DNA of 64,000 nucleotides from Kiritimatiellia bacterium (GTDB lineage Bacteria; Verrucomicrobiota; Kiritimatiellia; RFP12; UBA1067): NCBI GenBank assembly GCA_050949565.1, contig JBMNFY010000017.1, positions 1,088,001 to 1,152,000 of the forward strand, read 5' to 3'. Shown piece by piece: positions 58,575 to 64,000 of this stretch (position 1 is its first letter; each line of letters starts with the position of its first letter). The notes under the pieces were generated by a model. It saw only the letters and a program-made list of their open reading frames with translations, ran no database searches and was not told where the DNA came from. The position numbers and the translations under genes were made by a program.

Positions 58575-59045
58575 TCAGTAGACTTTAAAAACATCTTCAC
58601 GCATAACAAATCTCAGCAAGTCGCTCCAGCGTCCTGACAGACGATATACAAAAACATCATTGTCGTCGTCAGCTTTTGTTTGAGAACGGATTATCTCTGC
58701 CAGTCGAAGCTTGGTGTGGTGTGCATTTGGCACTTCTGATGACCCGGGCTCTGTGTAGTATATAGCGCCCATGAACAACTTGTTGTAACGCAATGTAGGT
58801 TCATCCATAGGTGCAGGAAGGCAGAAAACCAAAGCCTTCCCATTACGATCGATAATTTCTAAACCCATGCTGCCACCGTCACCAAAACTAAATGCTTTGA
58901 CCTCTCGGTAAGGTGTCTCAAGTGCTCTAAGTTTTGGTTCAACCCTTCTTAGATCTGCCTTCTCATAAGGGCGAAATATCCAAAGAACAGAAGAAACAAA
59001 CAGCACACCCAGAGTAATTCCTATAAAGCGCATTACTTTCTTCAT
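58575..59045 (-). CDS. Hypothetical protein with N-terminal TM helix, AT-rich
   Basis: 156-aa ORF; visibly lower GC than its neighbours. Confidence 0.6.
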   Translation of the reverse strand: MKKVMRFIGITLGVLFVSSVLWIFRPYEKADLRRVEPKLRALETPYREVKAFSFGDGGSMGLEIIDRNGKALVFCLPAPMDEPTLRYNKLFMGAIYYTEPGSSEVPNAHHTKLRLAEIIRSQTKADDDNDVFVYRLSGRWSDLLRFVMREDVFKVY

Positions 59046-59090
59046 GAGTTCACCCGTCCTGTTGGCTTGGTTACCGACCGAAAATTTCCA

Positions 59091-61694
59091 TCAACGTCCC
59101 TGTTCCTTTTTCATCAGCACGGCATCGTGTGCCGCTACGGTCAAGGGCAGGCGGCGACCGCCCCACGTCAGCGTCACGGCCTGCGGCTCGCGCGTGGCGT
59201 TGGCCAGCACCACGGCCTCGCGTCCGTCTGCGGCGCGGAAGGCGTTGTGGAAGACCGCCGGGGTCGGCAGATCGTTGTACGTGATCGTGGCGCACTCAAG
59301 CACAGGCTGCCGCATCAATCTCCCGTGAGCCAGCCAAGGGCGTCCTTCGCCGTGATACAACTCGACCCAGCGCTGCATGAAGCGGGAGTCTGATGTGAAT
59401 CCCGACGATACGACCTCCTTGACGCTGCCGTCCGTCAGCACCTCTTCCAGCCGCATCTCGTCCACCCAGACGACCGCTTCGCCCGACACATGGCACATGA
59501 TGCGCAGCATCTCGGCGCTGTCCGGCATCTTGAAATCGGCCGCGACCTTCTGCCAGCCGCTGCCAGGCTCGGGGAACTTGAGCCGTCCGCCCTGTCCGGT
59601 TGATTTAAGCCCAGGCGCGAACACGCCGAAGTTGACCCCGTTCGGCTGCGCCAGCTTGGCGGTTTTCAGCCAAGCGCTCAGACGGTAGGTGCGCCCGTCA
59701 CCGAAACTTCCGGCTTCCGCATACACGTTCTGCGAGACCTGCACCGTGTCGCCGGCGTTGTTCTCCAGCCGCATGCTGGCGGTGCCGCTGTGCTTCTCTT
59801 CGGTGTCGACATAGGCCGCGCCGTTCCATACCGCGCCTTGGTATCCGCTCAACTTCTCCCAGTTGCGGAAGAACTTGCCGTCGACCGTCAGGAGATCGAA
59901 TCCACCGTTGGCGAGCATCACCTCTTTGAAGTCTTGGCTGGACGGCACCATGTGGGGCATCTGGCCGTCGGCCAGGCAGTGCGCGTCCCACACGCGGTTG
60001 CCGCGGCGCGGGTTGCTCTGGAACGGCGGCAGATATTCGTGATAGATGTAATTGAACACCGAGGCCCACTCGCCTTTGCGTTCGCAGTTGCGGTAGTCCT
60101 GCACCCCCATCAGGTGGTTGAACCACTCGTTGGGCTCTTCGATGCAGACAACGGCGTCGGGCTCGATCTTGCGCATGGCGTCGCGCATGCCGATCAGTTG
60201 CTCGGTGAAGACTTCGGTCATCCAGCGGCCGCGTCCTTTGGGGTGCCCGTGCCAGTCGGCGTAACAGGCCGGCCAGTTGGCGCCTACCACTTGGTCCACC
60301 TGGATCATCTCGCAGCCGCGCCGGGCCAGCGGCACGCAGATGTCCTCGTTCCACCAGCGGCGTGTCCAAGGGTCGCCGCCGCACATGCAGGCGGTACTGC
60401 CGCCATGCAGCCAACTGGGCGTGCGCAGATACAACTGGCCGTCACGATTATGCACGGCGTGCTTGCGCGCGATCTTGTCAAAGCGCTCGCGGTCATCCCA
60501 TTCGAAACTGCCGTCGCCGCGTTTTTTGAAGGTCAGCGTCCAATGATACCCCGACGGCCACGGGAAGGCGTGGCAGCCGAGTTCACGTGTCCGGGCCACC
60601 AGGCGGGTGAACTGTTCGTCAGAGGGGTAGAGTGGGAAGTAGTCCGGGGTGACCCAACTGTCGATCTTCTCCCAGCCCCAATACGCTGTAATCAGCGGAG
60701 TTTTGGGGAAGTGCTTCTGCCAGAACTCGGTGAGCCAGCGCTCGATGCGGTCGGGTTCCGCCAGCCAGCCGCGTCCGAAACGTACCATGGCCGGCGCGTC
60801 TTTCAGCCACGCCGGCAGATCGTCGCGCTGCGTGAATATCTTGGCGCACCAGTGGCGCGTCCAGGCCCATTCGCGGTAGCGGTCGGCCGCGTCCCGCCAG
60901 TCTGCCGGCGCGCCGTCCGGCCCCGTAAAGGTCGAGACCACGACATCATACGCTTGGCTGTCGGTGCCGGTCACGAAGCACGGACGCAACCATGAGAACT
61001 CGACGCCCTCATCGGTGCGCGCCACACTCAGGCTCTTGGGATACCCCTTGTCGTCATACGCCGCCGTGTAAAAACCGGCCTGGTTATCGTAGTAGCAACC
61101 GAACTGAGCCGCCATGTTGCCGGGCTGGCTGATGGAGAAGATGTGTCCCTTTTTCAATGCTCCCGGCTTACGGGTCACGCCGCCTTTGGATGCACCCGCC
61201 ACGATCGCGTCGTCATCGACCGACGCGCCCAGCGGCGCGGCCAGTGTGATCTGGGGGTAGCGGACATCCTCCAGCACCCATCCGTCGCGCATGACCACTT
61301 TGATACGCCAGCGCAAGTCCAGTCCGTCCGGGTCCGCACTGACCGTGCAGACCACGCGCTCCACGCCGTTCGGAAAATCGGTGTAGGTCAGCGTCGCGGC
61401 GGATTCCGAAGACCGTTTCACACTGCACGCGCGCGCGTCCCAGTTCCCGACTGTGATCTGTTTGCCCGGCGGCTCTGCCTGCTGCGAGACCGCCAGCGTG
61501 AACAACCGCTGCGGGGGCTTGTCGGTCGCCGCCAACTCTATGCCGCCGGGCGTCTTGAGCGACACCACCCCGCGGCCGCCGCCGTCCAAAACGAGTCGCG
61601 CACCCTTGCCGGAAAGCGCCACCGTCTCAGCACTTGCGCACAAAGCCGCCACCGCAAACAGTACCGCAACATAACATTTGGTTTCAGTTTTCAT
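59091..61694 (-). CDS. Secreted glycoside-hydrolase-like protein (DUF6259-like) with a CBM4/9-like domain
   Basis: Signal peptide; DWRDAA..YR.W, WGWEK..PDYFP, QVDQ, C...HGHP.G.G; LANGGF..YRLSAWLK..VWVDEM. Confidence 0.6.
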   Translation of the reverse strand: MKTETKCYVAVLFAVAALCASAETVALSGKGARLVLDGGGRGVVSLKTPGGIELAATDKPPQRLFTLAVSQQAEPPGKQITVGNWDARACSVKRSSESAATLTYTDFPNGVERVVCTVSADPDGLDLRWRIKVVMRDGWVLEDVRYPQITLAAPLGASVDDDAIVAGASKGGVTRKPGALKKGHIFSISQPGNMAAQFGCYYDNQAGFYTAAYDDKGYPKSLSVARTDEGVEFSWLRPCFVTGTDSQAYDVVVSTFTGPDGAPADWRDAADRYREWAWTRHWCAKIFTQRDDLPAWLKDAPAMVRFGRGWLAEPDRIERWLTEFWQKHFPKTPLITAYWGWEKIDSWVTPDYFPLYPSDEQFTRLVARTRELGCHAFPWPSGYHWTLTFKKRGDGSFEWDDRERFDKIARKHAVHNRDGQLYLRTPSWLHGGSTACMCGGDPWTRRWWNEDICVPLARRGCEMIQVDQVVGANWPACYADWHGHPKGRGRWMTEVFTEQLIGMRDAMRKIEPDAVVCIEEPNEWFNHLMGVQDYRNCERKGEWASVFNYIYHEYLPPFQSNPRRGNRVWDAHCLADGQMPHMVPSSQDFKEVMLANGGFDLLTVDGKFFRNWEKLSGYQGAVWNGAAYVDTEEKHSGTASMRLENNAGDTVQVSQNVYAEAGSFGDGRTYRLSAWLKTAKLAQPNGVNFGVFAPGLKSTGQGGRLKFPEPGSGWQKVAADFKMPDSAEMLRIMCHVSGEAVVWVDEMRLEEVLTDGSVKEVVSSGFTSDSRFMQRWVELYHGEGRPWLAHGRLMRQPVLECATITYNDLPTPAVFHNAFRAADGREAVVLANATREPQAVTLTWGGRRLPLTVAAHDAVLMKKEQGR

Positions 61695-61817
61695 ACATCG
61701 CTCTCTTTTTTTACACGAAGCCGCCAAGGCACAACGGTCGTTTAATTTCGGGTTTCAAGACACCGGTATCAATTGTAACGCTCAACGTCCAACTTTCAAG
61801 TGCGAAGGGCGACGAAA

Positions 61818-62314
61818 TGTAATCGGTTGGTGACAGGGGGTGTGCGCAGATCATGCGTTTCTGGTGAAAAGGGGGGATACGTTTTTTTGACATGATTAAC
61901 ATGATTAACATGATTTGGAGGGCGAGTGTCCCCACGAGCCGCCGGAGCAAGCAATGGAGGGCGAGTGTCCCCACGAGCCGCCGGAGCAAGCAATGGAGGG
62001 CGAGTGTCCCCACGAGCCGCCGGAGCAAGCAATGGAGGGCGAGTGTCCCCACGAGCCGCCTTCCGCTGTGCGGAAGGATGGTTTCAGGTTCTATCGCGGA
62101 GCACAGGGAGGGGCAAGCGTCTGCTTGCCCGTGGACGAGCAGACGCTCGTCCCTCCCCCCTCGGCGGCGGTCACGACGCCATCCCGTAAAAATCTCTGCG
62201 CCTCTGCGTCTCTGCGTTAAAATCTTTCAACTTTCTGCGGGCAAGGATGCCCGCGCTCCGACTGCGCATAAAACACGCGCTTGACTCGCGTACCCCTGTC
62301 ACTAACCGATTACA
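61818..62314. mobile_element. MITE, 497 bp, with 22-bp TIRs and an 8-bp TSD
   Basis: Left end TGTAATCGGTTGGTGACAGGGG; right end CCCCTGTCACTAACCGATTACA (1 mismatch); flanked by CGACGAAA at 61810-61817 and 62315-62322. Confidence 0.85.
61916..62060 (+). repeat. 39-bp tandem REP-like repeat, ~3.7 copies
   Basis: tggagggcgagtgtccccacgagccgccggagcaagcaa starting at 61916, 61955, 61994 and 62033. Confidence 0.9.
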
Positions 62315-62442
62315 CGACGAAAATTGCGGTGACAAGATTCTCGCTGTGCGCGGGTCGCGGCACCGCATTTCCAAAAGGTTCCGCATTTTTAAAACGGCTT
62401 CGCGATCTTTGTTTCTTTGCGGCTAAGTGGTACAATTCAGGT

Positions 62443-64000
62443 ATGATGACAACTAATGCTAACACGAATTTCGCGAAAACCCTCGTTTGGACATCGGCAC
62501 TCATGGTTGCACTTGTGCTGCGGGTCGATGCTCAGCCTCTGCTCTGCCGACTCGATGCCGGCTGGCCCGCACTGGATTATGACGGCAAGCCGTCGACAGA
62601 AGAGGGCGCATTTTCACGGACATCGGTGCCGGGTTCACGGAGTGAGACAGAACGCTATGTCGCCGAGACAAAGACAATGGCCGCTACGGACGGGAAGCTA
62701 CTCATCCGGCTCGCCTGCAAAAGCTACAAGGCGTTTCCAGCCGAAGAGTACGCCGTGCTGGTGACCAACTCGGCGGCGTCCGAGCCGACAGGCGTGGTCG
62801 GCAACTTCCGCTCGTTGAAGCTCACAGCTGGGAAGCCTGCTCCGGAAGCGGCGGTTTCATTGCATGTCCTGCGGGGATCGACCTGCAAGGCGACCGATTT
62901 TGTGCCGGAAACCTTTACCATCGAGGAGGGACAGGAACGCGTTCTAGCATCGGTCTGCGGACGTTCGTCCAACGACTTCATTCCGTTTCTTGAACTGAGC
63001 ATCGATGATCAGACCGGCTATCTGTTCGCGGTGGGCTGGACCGGATCATGGAAGGCGCGCTTCGTGAATACGGGCGCTGGGGTCGATGTGGAGATCGGCA
63101 TGGAGCGGAGCCACTTCCGGCTTCTGCCGGGGGAGGCCATTCGCCAACCCTCCGCTCTCGTCTTCACCCGTATGAATCAGACGCGCCGCGCCTTCAAGAC
63201 GCAGGTCCGCCGCTTCATGCTTGAGAACAAAGTGCCGCGCGACACCAAGGGAGAGATCGTTCCGCCAATTTTGGCCGTCGCGTCGGGCGGCGGCAACAAG
63301 ACGCCGCAGATGATGGCCGACATACTGAAGTATTGCCTCGACAACAAGATGACGTTCGACACCTACTGGGTCGACGCGGGTTGGTACGGGGCACCGCATG
63401 AAGACGAGTTGTACTCCAACTGTGGCCCGAACTGGTGGAAGTACGTGGGCGACTGGCGCGTCAACACAACGACGCATCCGACGGGCGACCTGCTGCCGAT
63501 CGCCGACGCGGTGCATCGGGCCGGCATGAAGTTTCTGCTCTGGTTCGAGCCGGAGCGCATGACCGATATCGCGCCGATTCTCAAAACGCATCCCGAATAC
63601 CGCAACGGACAGCTTGTCAACTACGGCAATCCCGAGGCGTTCAAGTGGATTCAAGACACGATCTACGGCGTGATCGAGAAACATAAGATCGATGTCTACC
63701 GCCAAGACTTCAACATGGAGCCGGGCCCCGTCTGGCACAGCATGGACGCGGCGGACCGTGTCGGCATCGCCGAAGCCAAGCACATCGGCGCTCTGTATAG
63801 ATTTCTCGACGACATGCGTGCGCGCTTCCCGAACATCCTACAGGAAAACTGTGCGTCCGGCGGGCGTCGCATCGACATCGAGATGATTTCGCGGGCGCAC
63901 GTCTACTGCCGCAGCGATTACTTCATCGGACAAAAACCCCACGACACCGCCTTCATTCTGGGGCAGAACGCGACATTGAACCTCAGTCCCTATCTGCCCT
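62443..64000 (+). CDS. GH36 alpha-galactosidase, secreted; runs off the right edge
   Basis: Read by hand (absent from the ORF track): signal-like start, AVGWTGSW, YWVDAGWY, LLWFEPER, YRQDFN, ENCASGGRRID. Confidence 0.85.
   Translation, partial: MMTTNANTNFAKTLVWTSALMVALVLRVDAQPLLCRLDAGWPALDYDGKPSTEEGAFSRTSVPGSRSETERYVAETKTMAATDGKLLIRLACKSYKAFPAEEYAVLVTNSAASEPTGVVGNFRSLKLTAGKPAPEAAVSLHVLRGSTCKATDFVPETFTIEEGQERVLASVCGRSSNDFIPFLELSIDDQTGYLFAVGWTGSWKARFVNTGAGVDVEIGMERSHFRLLPGEAIRQPSALVFTRMNQTRRAFKTQVRRFMLENKVPRDTKGEIVPPILAVASGGGNKTPQMMADILKYCLDNKMTFDTYWVDAGWYGAPHEDELYSNCGPNWWKYVGDWRVNTTTHPTGDLLPIADAVHRAGMKFLLWFEPERMTDIAPILKTHPEYRNGQLVNYGNPEAFKWIQDTIYGVIEKHKIDVYRQDFNMEPGPVWHSMDAADRVGIAEAKHIGALYRFLDDMRARFPNILQENCASGGRRIDIEMISRAHVYCRSDYFIGQKPHDTAFILGQNATLNLSPYLP

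Noticed and set aside
61916-62060. Possible CRISPR array (also 25610-25715)
   Set aside because: Units are perfect 39-bp tandem copies with identical ~11-nt linkers rather than unique spacers; no cas genes are present.

Overview
GC-rich bacterial window. The gene content suggests a PVC-superphylum organism, probably Kiritimatiellia/Lentisphaerae-like (inference): many Tat/Sec-exported glycoside hydrolases, Gfo/Idh/MocA oxidoreductases, HzsA-like and FGE-sulfatase proteins, and Thr-Asn-rich secreted proteins. No rRNA, tRNA or CRISPR array was seen. The main discovery is a minus-strand locus at ~13.2-23.4 kb that looks like an undescribed polymorphic metalloprotease/immunity cassette system. 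Its order is promoter > small exported accessory gene > 1307-aa membrane-tethered protein ending in an HExxHxxGLxD zinc-protease domain > membrane-anchored partner gene. Three more 'orphan protease tip + partner' cassettes and a terminal stub follow, all joined by conserved DNA repeats that could allow tip swapping. A second, degenerate copy of the 5' part of this locus sits at 1-1595. Other highlights: a 497-bp MITE with TIRs and an 8-bp TSD that carries REP-like tandem repeats; a decayed defence islet (radC::hsdM fusion, hsdS remnant, DUF2188, IS4-like fragment); an XRE-ImmA/IrrE gene with an antitoxin-like tail upstream of PemK/MazF; a recurrent C-terminal G-h-h-h-x-I-[R/K] motif; and many deletion scars. 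All family calls come from motif recognition only; no database searches were run.
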